DNA of 64,000 nt. Origin: an uncultured Acidobacteriota bacterium. GTDB lineage: Bacteria > Acidobacteriota > Thermoanaerobaculia > Gp7-AA8. The notes under the pieces are model-generated. The model saw only the letters and a program-made list of their open reading frames with translations, ran no database searches and was not told the origin of the DNA. The stretch spans positions 4,427,958 to 4,491,957 of the forward strand of contig CAVWUH010000002.1 in assembly GCA_963758195.1 (NCBI GenBank), read 5' to 3'. A program made the translations under genes and the position numbers. Below are positions 18,110 through 26,778 of this stretch, piece after piece (position 1 is the first letter of the stretch; each line of letters begins with the position of its first letter).

Positions 18110-19014
18110 TTCAACAGCTCCTCGAGCTGATCCGCAAACTCAGGCCTCCAGGGGTCCGGCGTCTTGCTATGGAGGGTCACGGGGTTCGGTTGATGCCATA
18201 CCGCTTGCATGACGCCCACGCGTTGTACCGTGAAGTCCTCCGTGAAAGGCACCTGTCGATGCACTCCCTCTGGGAATCCGTCCGGGTAACTGGGAGAGCT
18301 CAAGTCGACGGCAACTCCCCAATTTCCGGTTCCCTCCTTCGAACGGTACACGACGAAGGTCGAGCCGTCGAGAAAGGTGGGGGGGACGAGCGGAACATTT
18401 TGAAAAGCGTTCTCCGGATACTGGACTTCCATCAGGTACAGATCTTCCAGTTCGAGAAATCGCAGAAGGCCGAGCTTCTGGCGTAGCACGGTCGCTCGCG
18501 TGGTCATGTTCCGGACGCCATCGACCGAAGCGGTGGGCGTGACCCAGGCTCGCGTCCAGGGGCTCGGAGGGATTGTGCCCCAGCGAGCGCGGGCAACCTC
18601 GATCTCACGAAGGTGATCGTCCGCGACGACATCCTGAATCGCCCATCCGGCCCGACTGTTCGTGTTGTCGGCGAAGAGCCATTGATCTGGAATGAAGTGG
18701 GAGCACGGAGGCGGAGAATCGATTGATTTGGTGGCGCCGCACGAGAAAGCGGGAGCAAACCGCTCGATGAGGCGCTTGACTGTCATGAGCTGGTTGGCCG
18801 GGTTGGAGTCCGTTTCGTCGACCGCGGCCAGGAGCGCGTCATAAAACCGACTTCGGGTCGGCCTGTCCACACGGTCGCGAAGGCAATCGTGATAAATGTT
18901 GGAAAGGGTGACCTTGCCTTCGTCCGAAGAGCCGACGACCTGGCACCAGTTCGTGAACTTCGTCATTTTTTGGGGCATCCCTCGCATAGGAGTGACGCCA
19001 CGGGGAAAATCCAC
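18106..19014 (-). CDS. hypothetical protein (about 286-302 aa; start uncertain)
   Basis: The ORF begins at GTG 19014. Alternative ATGs are at 18987, 18978 and 18966. No family recognised. Confidence 0.6.
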   Translation of the reverse strand: MDFPRGVTPMRGMPQKMTKFTNWCQVVGSSDEGKVTLSNIYHDCLRDRVDRPTRSRFYDALLAAVDETDSNPANQLMTVKRLIERFAPAFSCGATKSIDSPPPCSHFIPDQWLFADNTNSRAGWAIQDVVADDHLREIEVARARWGTIPPSPWTRAWVTPTASVDGVRNMTTRATVLRQKLGLLRFLELEDLYLMEVQYPENAFQNVPLVPPTFLDGSTFVVYRSKEGTGNWGVAVDLSSPSYPDGFPEGVHRQVPFTEDFTVQRVGVMQAVWHQPNPVTLHSKTPDPWRPEFADQLEELLK

Positions 19015-19102
19015 ACCCGTACGTCGTGGCGCACCCGAGGGTAGGAGAAAATCACGCTCGCGTCCCTCCTGAGTAAACAGTCGCAGGTCGAAGGGGGATT
19101 GG

Positions 19103-19393
19103 GTGAGAAGGACGATCGCAGTGGCGTCGTTGCTGTGGGCAATGGTGTGTCTGGCCGAGGATCAGTCGCTGCGTGGACGAACGCAGTTCAATTACTTCGC
19201 GTACATCGCGCCGAAAGAGAAACGCTGCTATGCGCTCAGCGAGAAGCAGAAGGACGACTGCAAGCCGTGCCAAAGGTGGGAAACGCGACTCTTCGATCAG
19301 GATCTCTCCGTCGAGCTCGACAGTGACCGCTATCTGTATCGGGCGGTCCGGGACGCGACAAGCTCGTCCGTGCGCGCGGCCTCGAGCTCCTGA
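19103..19393 (+). CDS. small secreted protein (possibly the 5' remnant of a longer degraded gene)
   Basis: GTG start, signal-peptide-like MRRTIAVASLLWAMVCLA. Coding-like stretches continue downstream in other frames. Confidence 0.4.
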   Translation: MRRTIAVASLLWAMVCLAEDQSLRGRTQFNYFAYIAPKEKRCYALSEKQKDDCKPCQRWETRLFDQDLSVELDSDRYLYRAVRDATSSSVRAASSS

Positions 19394-19821
19394 CGCGCCT
19401 TCGAGGCGACAACACCATCACCCAGCCTTACAACCTCTACGTCTACGGTCACACGCATTCCGCTTATGCGCCACGGCCGATCGTTGTCGATGCCACGTGG
19501 ACATTCTCTTCAGTGAACACGGTGCCTGGCAACGAATCGCATCAGCCGCACAATTCAAGGGGCTGGAATGCGGACGGTCGCCGGCAGAAGTGCTCCGCAC
19601 GTCGCTCTCGCTCCTCCCGCCTGTTATTCAGTCGTCCGCGTAAAACCCTATGCGACGAAGCCGGAGGCAGAGCTTCTGTACTGGCGCGACGCGGACGGTA
19701 CCTGGACGCTGTCGCCGTCCTGCGGCTGGACGCCTCCACCATGTTCTTAATGGCCCAATCGCGTTTGGCGCCGCGTGAACAACGCCAACGCCGAATATAT
19801 CAACAGTGAAATCACCTGCGT

Positions 19822-21375
19822 TCACTCACCATCAACACCATCCCTCGAAACATCCCCATACTTCGCAATCAACACATGAAACTCCGCCAGGAGTTGTTCC
19901 TCGGTGACGACGACGGATTCGATGTGCGCAACGATGCGCTTGTGTTCGGGATCGCCCGGCGGGAGGTTGGTGATGCGGGTGACGGCGGTGGGGATGGACG
20001 AGCGGGGGATTTTGGTGGCGCCGAGGGGGTCGGAGAGGTCGGAGCAGTCGAAGAGTTGGGTGTCGGGCCAGGTCGTGTTTTGCTGGTTCGTGATCACGGC
20101 TTCGAACGTGGGGGCGACGGCCGTGCGGGCGCGAAGCCAGCCACGGTCGGTGGGGTTGGTGTAGGGGATGTTCTGCCATTTCATCAGCGTGGCCAGCACG
20201 GATGTGTGGTCGAAGGGCAGGTTGTTGCTCGGAGCGTTGCTCGAGGCGCCGGGATACCACGGTCCGCGGAAGACCGTGCCGGGGGTGACCCAGGGGCTGA
20301 TCAGGAGCGTGGGTACGCGGACGCCGTAGCGGTTGAAGTCGGTCGACAGGGTGTCGGGGACGGGTGCGTTCATCGGTGGTGCGATGTGGTCGTAGGTGCC
20401 GCCGTGTTCGTCGAAGGTGACGATGAACAGCGTTTTCGCGAAGACATTGGGACGGCTGCGTAGGGTGTCGTACATGCGGCGGAGAAATTTCTCGCCTTCA
20501 TAGAGACTGCCGGGCGGGTGGTAGTCGGTGCCGAAGGTCGGCTCAGCTTCGCCGAAGAAGGTCGGCTCGAGATAAGAGAAGGTGGGGAGTTTGTCGGTGA
20601 AGACGGCGTATTGAAAATGCTTGATGGAGCCGCCGAGGTTTCCGGTGTTGAGGCCGACGGGGAACATGTACTCGGTGAAGTATTTTCCGGACGCCCATTT
20701 CCAGTAGTGGTCCGCGTACATCTTCGCGCTCACGCCGTTCTCGTTGAAGACGGTGAAGATCGTGCGCAGGTCGGTGAAGGGGACGCCGTTGAAGGATTTG
20801 TTGATCTTGCGGCCGAGCGAACTGCCGCCGAGGCTGAAGGCGCGGTTGGGATTGGTCTCGGTGGGCGCGGAGGCGAACCACATGTCGGAGACGGCGAACC
20901 CTTGCGCGAGCGTGTTGATGACCGGCAGGTCCTGGGGCGTCGACGTGGCGAGGATGTCGTCGGTCGAGCCGACGCCGGGCTGGTTCTGATAGTTCAGCCA
21001 GAAGCCGCGCATGAGTTTGTTCGCGGGCAAGTTCATGTCTTTGTTCGGACCGTAGATCTGCTGGAAGACTTCGTCCCATGGCTCGCCGGGATCGGACACC
21101 GGCATGTGGCAATAGCCCCAGTTGCCGCGATGGATCATCTTCTTTCTACCGGCGTAGGGGCCGGTGCCGAAGAAGCTGGGATGGTCGGGTTGCCAGGTCT
21201 CGCCGCCCGAATCGACGCCGTAGAACGGCAGTTCGCCGGGGCGCAGCGAAGGGATGTTCACGGCCGGCGCGGCGCCGTCGGCATAGAGCCAGCCGAGGAG
21301 CGTGTCGAAGCCGCGGTTCTCCAGCATCAGGTGGACGACGTGTTGGATGTTGCGCCGCATGTCGGCGAGTGCCAT
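19822..21375 (-). CDS. phosphoesterase family protein (phospholipase C / AcpA-like)
   Basis: Start ATG 21375 inside ORF 19822..21777. Motifs HVVHLMLENRGFD and IVTFDEHGGTYDH. No signal peptide. Confidence 0.85.
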   Translation of the reverse strand: MALADMRRNIQHVVHLMLENRGFDTLLGWLYADGAAPAVNIPSLRPGELPFYGVDSGGETWQPDHPSFFGTGPYAGRKKMIHRGNWGYCHMPVSDPGEPWDEVFQQIYGPNKDMNLPANKLMRGFWLNYQNQPGVGSTDDILATSTPQDLPVINTLAQGFAVSDMWFASAPTETNPNRAFSLGGSSLGRKINKSFNGVPFTDLRTIFTVFNENGVSAKMYADHYWKWASGKYFTEYMFPVGLNTGNLGGSIKHFQYAVFTDKLPTFSYLEPTFFGEAEPTFGTDYHPPGSLYEGEKFLRRMYDTLRSRPNVFAKTLFIVTFDEHGGTYDHIAPPMNAPVPDTLSTDFNRYGVRVPTLLISPWVTPGTVFRGPWYPGASSNAPSNNLPFDHTSVLATLMKWQNIPYTNPTDRGWLRARTAVAPTFEAVITNQQNTTWPDTQLFDCSDLSDPLGATKIPRSSIPTAVTRITNLPPGDPEHKRIVAHIESVVVTEEQLLAEFHVLIAKYGDVSRDGVDGE

Positions 21376-21489
21376 GCGGACATCTTGGCGGAAGGACGCG
21401 GAATCGGCAATGACGGCGCCCTTGTCCCGATGGTTCGCGCCCGAAAGGCGGAAAGGAGGAGTACTATTTCTCCGTAAGTGAGGTGCGTG

Positions 21490-24400
21490 ATGCGATCGAA
21501 ATTCTCTCTCGCTCTTTGCCTCTTCTTGTTCCCCTCCCTTGCCGGCGCACAGCCGAAATCCACCGACGGAAACCGGATGAACATCTTCGACCGTTTCTCC
21601 GTCGCCGTTCCGACGCGATGGAAGGCCGGCACGCGGACGGCCACGTCGGTCGAGATCTTCGCGCCGCTCTCTAAGGAAGTTCCTCGGCCGAAGATGTCGG
21701 ACGGGAATCCCAAGCCGGACTTTGTCATCAGTGTCGATATCGGGATGTTGATCACGATGGAGCGCCGCCGCGATCATCAGGAGGCGTTACGCCGCCTCGC
21801 CGAGATCGCCTCGGAGCAGCCCGAGCGTGCGACCACGCTGGTGATCTCCGGCTGGCCGGCGATCGAGCGGCGCTATCGCGATCTGATGCCGCAGCCCGGC
21901 GAGACCGAAGGGATGGGCGGCAACATCACGACCTGGTTCACCACCACGGCCGTTGCCGTCGATACGCTCGTGATCCGTTTCGATTCCATGCTCGCGCCGC
22001 AACTCGATCCGAAGATGCTCGAGGAGGCGATTGCGGTCGGACGTTCGTTCCTGGCGCCGAACGGAAATCCCGACGTCGCCGCGCGCGAGCTGGCGATCGT
22101 CGAGCGCGCGATGAAGCGCACACCGCCGGTCTCCGATCCGAATTCCAAACCGGGCGGCACGAAGAGCGGCGGGAAAGAGCCGGGCGTGGCGGTGTTCGTT
22201 CAGACCGGACGCGGTGAGCTGGAAGTCGCGGCTTCCAACGACGGCTCGCATGTCGTCGTCGCCGCGAACAGCGGCTTTTCCTTCTCCGATAACTTCGGCG
22301 GGACGTGGGCATTCGGCGGAGGAACGCCCTGCAACCAGGCCGCGTGCGATGGCGATCCGTCGCTGGCCGTCGGTCAAAGCGGCGCGATCTACTATTCCTG
22401 GATCGGCGGTCCCAACAGCGGTCAGCTCGGTGACGGATTCTCGCGCTCGACCGACAACGGTCACACGTTTCCGTTTGCGAGCATGGGCGTCAATTGTCCC
22501 GGCGCGTCCAATTGCTCCAGCGCCGACCAGGAGCACATCGCCGCCGATCGCGTCAACGCCGGAGGGAGCGGCGACCGGGTCTACAACGTCTGGCGCAATT
22601 TCACGGTGATGGGCGGCGGGCCGTTTTCGCTGCGCATCGTCTGCTCGAACGACAGCGCTGCCACGTGGAGCGCGCAGCAGGTGATCGGAGCGGGCGATTT
22701 TCCGCGCGTGGCCGTGGGCCGCGACGGGTTCGTCTACGTGGCCTGGGCGTCGGGCGGAAACATGATGCTGCACAAGTACAGCGACTGTGACGCCGGACTC
22801 AATCCGCAAGTCGGTTGGCCCGTCGTCGTTTCGGCGTTCACAAACGTCGTCTGTCCGGTTCCCGGACTCGATCGCTGCAATGGCCGCAACATTCTCTCGA
22901 GTCCTGTCATCGGCACGGATGATCTCGATGCGAATCACGTCTATTACGCATTCGCGACGTCGACGGGCGCCGGCAACGAGAACGTGATGGTGTTCGACTC
23001 CACCGACGGTGGCGCGACGTTTCCGCGCAATGTGCGGGTCAACAACAATGTCGCCGGACGACGATTCATGTCCTGGGTCTCGACGTACGGCGGCGTGGCG
23101 GCCGTGTCGTGGTACGACCGGCGCAACGCGACGTTGGCCAACAATGACCTGACTCGTTTCTTCATCGGTACCGCCTGGGTGAAGGGCCCGAATCTCGTGG
23201 CCGGAGTCGCGGAGACCGATCTCTCCGGCGTCAACGACACGCATTGCGCGGCGGGGTGGCCGTGCGCGACCAACACGTCGACGGATTCCGAATCGTGCTC
23301 GACGCAGCCGCAACTCGCCGGGCGCTGTCTGAATCCGATGACGAATCCTCCTTCGGGATCGAATACGCCCTGCGACTTTTCGGCGGCGACCTGCGTGGCG
23401 CCGGAGGCCTGTCTGAACGGGCGCGGCTGCCCGAAGTATGGCGATTACAACGGCAACGCTGCCGCCGCGGGCCGGCAGTATTCGGCGTGGGCGTCATTCG
23501 TGACGCCCGTCGGCGCCGCGGCGGGCGCGAACATCCGCGTGTTCACGTCGACGGATCTCATTCCGTCCGATTTCTTCGTGCGCGACTGGACCAGCAACGC
23601 ATCGTCGCACGACGGCGGCGCGCAGCCTTCGACGCATGCGAACTTCTGGTCATCGAGCGATGTCTGGAACCAGAACACGAACGTCGCCGGGGCGTTCCCC
23701 GCCGCGGACTGGATCCTCGGCGATCCTCCCTCGCGCGTCGGATCGAACTTCGCGTTCGCACGCGTGTCACGCCGCGCGGCCGCCGCGTCGACGGCGGCAA
23801 ACGCGGACGTGACGGTCACATTTCTCAAGGCGGACTACGGCCTCGGCGTTCCTTACTCCGTCGTCGGCGACGAGGTCGTGACGTTCGCCGCCGCGGACAT
23901 GACCAAGGTCACGCCAGGACACGCCTGGACGGTCGACGCGATGGCTTCGACGCATCTCTGCCTCGGTGTCCAGATCACGGGACCGAATGGCGATGTCTTT
24001 GCCGCGCCTTCGCTCGACACGCTGGCGGTCGGTCCCTCGGATCCGTTGATCCTCATCGACAACAACAAGGCGCAGCGAAACCTTCAGGACACGATCGGCA
24101 GCGAAGGCGGCTCGGAGATGTTCGCGATCATCGAGAACGCCGAGAAGTTCGCGCGTCCGATGGAAGTCGGCATCCGCTGGCCGCGCGACGTGAAAGTTAC
24201 CGGCCGCGTGTCGATCGTCGGAGGTGAGACGATCGAGCTGAGCGATCAGTACGAAGCGCGGATCAAGGTCGGGGAGCTGAAGCCGCGGGAGCGGCGCTGG
24301 CTGAAATTCAGCGTGAAGCCGCAATCCGAAAAACCGGTGATGGTCGACTTCTTCGACACGGCTCCGGCGAAGACTTCAGGCGGCGGACCGAGCAACGGCT

Positions 24401-24786
24401 TCACGATTCAGTTCGCGCGTGCGCCGATCGAGATCGTAGTCCGTCGGGATCTCGTGGCGCTCGCCGGCGTGCTGACGCGTTTGTCGATTCTGCAGAAGAA
24501 CGCCGAGGCGCAACGCGTGGCGTCGCAGATCCTGCGCTCGGTCGAGAAGGAACGGGTCACTGCCGCGACGTACCTGGCGCTCCTGCGATCGCTGCGCGCT
24601 GCTCTCGAGCGGATCGTCGCATCGCATCTGCGTCAGGCGGGCGGCAAGGACACCTTCGATATCGGCGCTGCACTCAAGGATCTCAACGCAGCGCTGTCCG
24701 CGAAGAACGTCGACGCGCTCGCAACCGCGAACGATGCGCTCAACGAGCGTCTCGACGCGCATTTGACGATGATGGTGCGGCCATGA
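21490..24786 (+). CDS. large secreted BNR/Asp-box repeat protein
   Basis: ATG 21490 with GAGG upstream, plus a signal peptide. Asp-boxes SDNFGGTW, STDNGHTF, SNDSAATW and STDGGATF. Confidence 0.75.
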   Translation: MRSKFSLALCLFLFPSLAGAQPKSTDGNRMNIFDRFSVAVPTRWKAGTRTATSVEIFAPLSKEVPRPKMSDGNPKPDFVISVDIGMLITMERRRDHQEALRRLAEIASEQPERATTLVISGWPAIERRYRDLMPQPGETEGMGGNITTWFTTTAVAVDTLVIRFDSMLAPQLDPKMLEEAIAVGRSFLAPNGNPDVAARELAIVERAMKRTPPVSDPNSKPGGTKSGGKEPGVAVFVQTGRGELEVAASNDGSHVVVAANSGFSFSDNFGGTWAFGGGTPCNQAACDGDPSLAVGQSGAIYYSWIGGPNSGQLGDGFSRSTDNGHTFPFASMGVNCPGASNCSSADQEHIAADRVNAGGSGDRVYNVWRNFTVMGGGPFSLRIVCSNDSAATWSAQQVIGAGDFPRVAVGRDGFVYVAWASGGNMMLHKYSDCDAGLNPQVGWPVVVSAFTNVVCPVPGLDRCNGRNILSSPVIGTDDLDANHVYYAFATSTGAGNENVMVFDSTDGGATFPRNVRVNNNVAGRRFMSWVSTYGGVAAVSWYDRRNATLANNDLTRFFIGTAWVKGPNLVAGVAETDLSGVNDTHCAAGWPCATNTSTDSESCSTQPQLAGRCLNPMTNPPSGSNTPCDFSAATCVAPEACLNGRGCPKYGDYNGNAAAAGRQYSAWASFVTPVGAAAGANIRVFTSTDLIPSDFFVRDWTSNASSHDGGAQPSTHANFWSSSDVWNQNTNVAGAFPAADWILGDPPSRVGSNFAFARVSRRAAAASTAANADVTVTFLKADYGLGVPYSVVGDEVVTFAAADMTKVTPGHAWTVDAMASTHLCLGVQITGPNGDVFAAPSLDTLAVGPSDPLILIDNNKAQRNLQDTIGSEGGSEMFAIIENAEKFARPMEVGIRWPRDVKVTGRVSIVGGETIELSDQYEARIKVGELKPRERRWLKFSVKPQSEKPVMVDFFDTAPAKTSGGGPSNGFTIQFARAPIEIVVRRDLVALAGVLTRLSILQKNAEAQRVASQILRSVEKERVTAATYLALLRSLRAALERIVASHLRQAGGKDTFDIGAALKDLNAALSAKNVDALATANDALNERLDAHLTMMVRP

Positions 24787-24830
24787 GGATCTTGCGTGCC
24801 GACGTTCGGAGCGCACGCATCCTGCCTGCC

Positions 24831-24984
24831 GGACCGCCGGCGTCTCGCCGGCTGGAGTGAGGGCGTCCCGCGCCCTCACCCTCTCGCCATCGCGATTACT
24901 GAACATCAGCACGCAACTCGTCCTTGGCACCCAGGGCGGCGGCGCGGGACGCCGCCGCACCAGCCGGCGAGACGCCGGCGGTCC
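24831..24984. repeat. family B palindromic repeat, copy B1 (with enlarged centre)
   Basis: GGACCGCCGGCGTCTCGCCGGCTGG ... CCAGCCGGCGAGACGCCGGCGGTCC, between convergent genes. Confidence 0.85.
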
Positions 24985-25001
24985 GGAAGCTTGCGCCGCA
25001 C

Positions 25002-25736
25002 TCACATCGCGACCGGCCCGAACGTCGCCGTGTAGCCGGGAAGAATCCGCAGCGACGGTGTGGCGACGCGGATCGCCAGGGCGATGCGCGTCTTGCCGCT
25101 CGTATTGCGGATGGAGCGGTGCACGAGGTTGTCGGAGAAAAGCACGAATTCGCCGGCGCCGAGTCGGAGGGGGACCGCGCTTCGTTCGAGGTCCGGCGGG
25201 ACGTCGAGGAAGGCGTTGCCGCTGTGGCGATCGATGTTGACCTTCGCGAGCGAGCGCCCCGCTTGAAGTGACGCCGGAAGGTATTCGAAACCGTTGTCGG
25301 TGTCGACGTCGGTCAGGGCGATGTAGGCGTTGATCGTGCTGCCTTTTCCTCGGAGGAGCAGCGGATAGGCGTCGTGGTGCCAGGCGGGGATGAGGCATTC
25401 GTCGGGACGGCTGAGCCAGATCTCCGAACGCCAGAGGATCAGATCGTCGCCGAGGTGGGCGACGAGTTGTTGCCGCAGCCGCGGGTCGTTGCAGAGCTGG
25501 CGCACGATCGCGGAGTCGTGGTGTCGCTCCATGAAAAAGTGACGCCGCTTCCGCTGAAATCGCAGCAGCTCGATCGAGCCCCATTCTCTGCGCCAGAGAA
25601 GACCGAGGAGCCAGGAGTAGCCGCGTCTCGGGGAATGAGGAAGGACGTCCTCGACGATGTGCCGCGTCGCCGCGCCGATCTCGCTGGCGCTCAGCCCGAG
25701 GCGATAAGGACCGTCGACGCCATCGATCTCGCTCAC
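25002..25736 (-). CDS. phytanoyl-CoA dioxygenase (PhyH) family protein
   Basis: This is the C-terminal 244 codons of track ORF 25002..26762. GTG 25736 forms a GTGA overlap with the GT2 stop. The pattern ..WHHDAYP..DNGFEYLP..VHRS.. fits the family. Confidence 0.8.
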   Translation of the reverse strand: MSEIDGVDGPYRLGLSASEIGAATRHIVEDVLPHSPRRGYSWLLGLLWRREWGSIELLRFQRKRRHFFMERHHDSAIVRQLCNDPRLRQQLVAHLGDDLILWRSEIWLSRPDECLIPAWHHDAYPLLLRGKGSTINAYIALTDVDTDNGFEYLPASLQAGRSLAKVNIDRHSGNAFLDVPPDLERSAVPLRLGAGEFVLFSDNLVHRSIRNTSGKTRIALAIRVATPSLRILPGYTATFGPVAM

Positions 25737-26518
25737 GGTGACAGGAGCTCCGCGGCGATCTGGCGGATTCGCAACTGGATTCCGTAGATTCTCCGGCGGG
25801 CACGATGCAGCCAGAGGAGCGGCAGATAGCGGACGCCGAACGAGCGTCGGATCAGTCCGGGCAAGTCCGCCTGAAACTGCGCGTCGTGGCCGGTATCGCT
25901 GATGCCGCCGCCTTCGTAGTCGGCGATGATCTCGTCGATGTACTCGACCTTCACCCGAGAATCGGCGAAGCAGCGGATGTTGAAATGCCAGTCCGCGGAA
26001 ATCGGATAGCGCTGATCGTACGGGCCGATGAGCGCGAAGAGCGAGCGATCGATGAACATCGCCTGATGGCAGATGCAGTGCGTGGTGAGGTCGCTTCTCG
26101 TGAAGACGCCGTCGTACAGCCGACGCCGGCTCGGCCAAGAGACATTGCCGTAGACGATGCTGTTCGGCGAGCAGCGATCGAGGCGATCCGCGATGCGCGT
26201 GAGGATCTCCGGTCGCAGCCGGTCGCCGGCGCCGATGACGTAGACGAAACGCCCGTCGCTGCGGGCGATCCCATGGTTGATTGCGTCGTAGATGCCGCCG
26301 TCGTGCTCGGAAGTGGCGTGAATGCCTGGCGCCGTGCCGCGGACGATCTCCATCGTCTGGTCGACGGAGGCTCCATCGACGATGTGGTAGTCGAAGAGCG
26401 ATCGCTCCTGCGATAGCACGGAGTCGATCGACGCGGCGATCTTCCCGCCCGCGTTGCGCGTGGGCGTGATGATGGAAATCAGTTTGGCCGTGACGATTCT
26501 TCCTTCGGAGGCGCGCAT
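25733..26518 (-). CDS. family 2 glycosyltransferase
   Basis: ISIITPTRNAGGKIAASIDSVLSQ..HIVDGASVD.. is a typical GT2 N-terminus. Confidence 0.85.
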   Translation of the reverse strand: MRASEGRIVTAKLISIITPTRNAGGKIAASIDSVLSQERSLFDYHIVDGASVDQTMEIVRGTAPGIHATSEHDGGIYDAINHGIARSDGRFVYVIGAGDRLRPEILTRIADRLDRCSPNSIVYGNVSWPSRRRLYDGVFTRSDLTTHCICHQAMFIDRSLFALIGPYDQRYPISADWHFNIRCFADSRVKVEYIDEIIADYEGGGISDTGHDAQFQADLPGLIRRSFGVRYLPLLWLHRARRRIYGIQLRIRQIAAELLSP

Positions 26519-26662
26519 CGTAGAGAGTGCGCGCAGGCGTCGTCAACGATGCCAGAAAGATCGGACACGGCAAGCACCCATCGGGGAGCGCAGCGGTCTC
26601 CCGCAAACCGCGATCGGACGCCTGGACGCATGGATCGATGCGCGAGACGTCAAAGTTAGTGG

Positions 26663-26690
26663 TTGATTTCGTTGCGGCTTTGTAGATAAT
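26663..26690 (+). promoter_or_regulatory. sigma70-like promoter candidate
   Basis: TTGATT (26663-26668), 16-nt spacer, GATAAT (26685-26690), in an AT-rich patch of a GC-rich divergent intergenic region. Confidence 0.35.
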
Positions 26691-26717
26691 GCGCGGACAC
26701 TCAATGAAGTCAAAAAA

Positions 26718-26748
26718 GGCCGGAGATCCCTCCGGCCTTTTTGTTTTT
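26718..26748 (+). terminator. intrinsic-terminator-like hairpin with U-tract (A-tract on the other side)
   Basis: aaaaaa GGCCGGAG atcc CTCCGGCC tttttgttttt. Stems at 26718-26725 and 26730-37. It lies about 30 nt upstream of the RBS of the 26779 gene. Confidence 0.6.
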
Positions 26749-26778
26749 CTGCGAGATTGCAAGAGGGAGGTTCATTCG

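Noticed and set aside
18900-18950. Walker A-like string GSSDEGKV near the N-terminus of the first protein of the five-gene block
   Set aside because: It fails the G-x4-G-K-[ST] consensus at the last position, and I found no convincing Walker B. It is not enough to call an NTPase.
21787-25803. Long minus-strand ORFs 21787..23313 and 24376..25803
   Set aside because: They are Arg-rich antisense shadows of the BNR-repeat gene and of the PhyH/repeat region.
25002-26762. 586-aa minus-strand ORF read as one protein
   Set aside because: Only the C-terminal 244 codons (the PhyH family protein) are credible. The remainder overlaps the GT2 gene out of frame and is Arg-rich.
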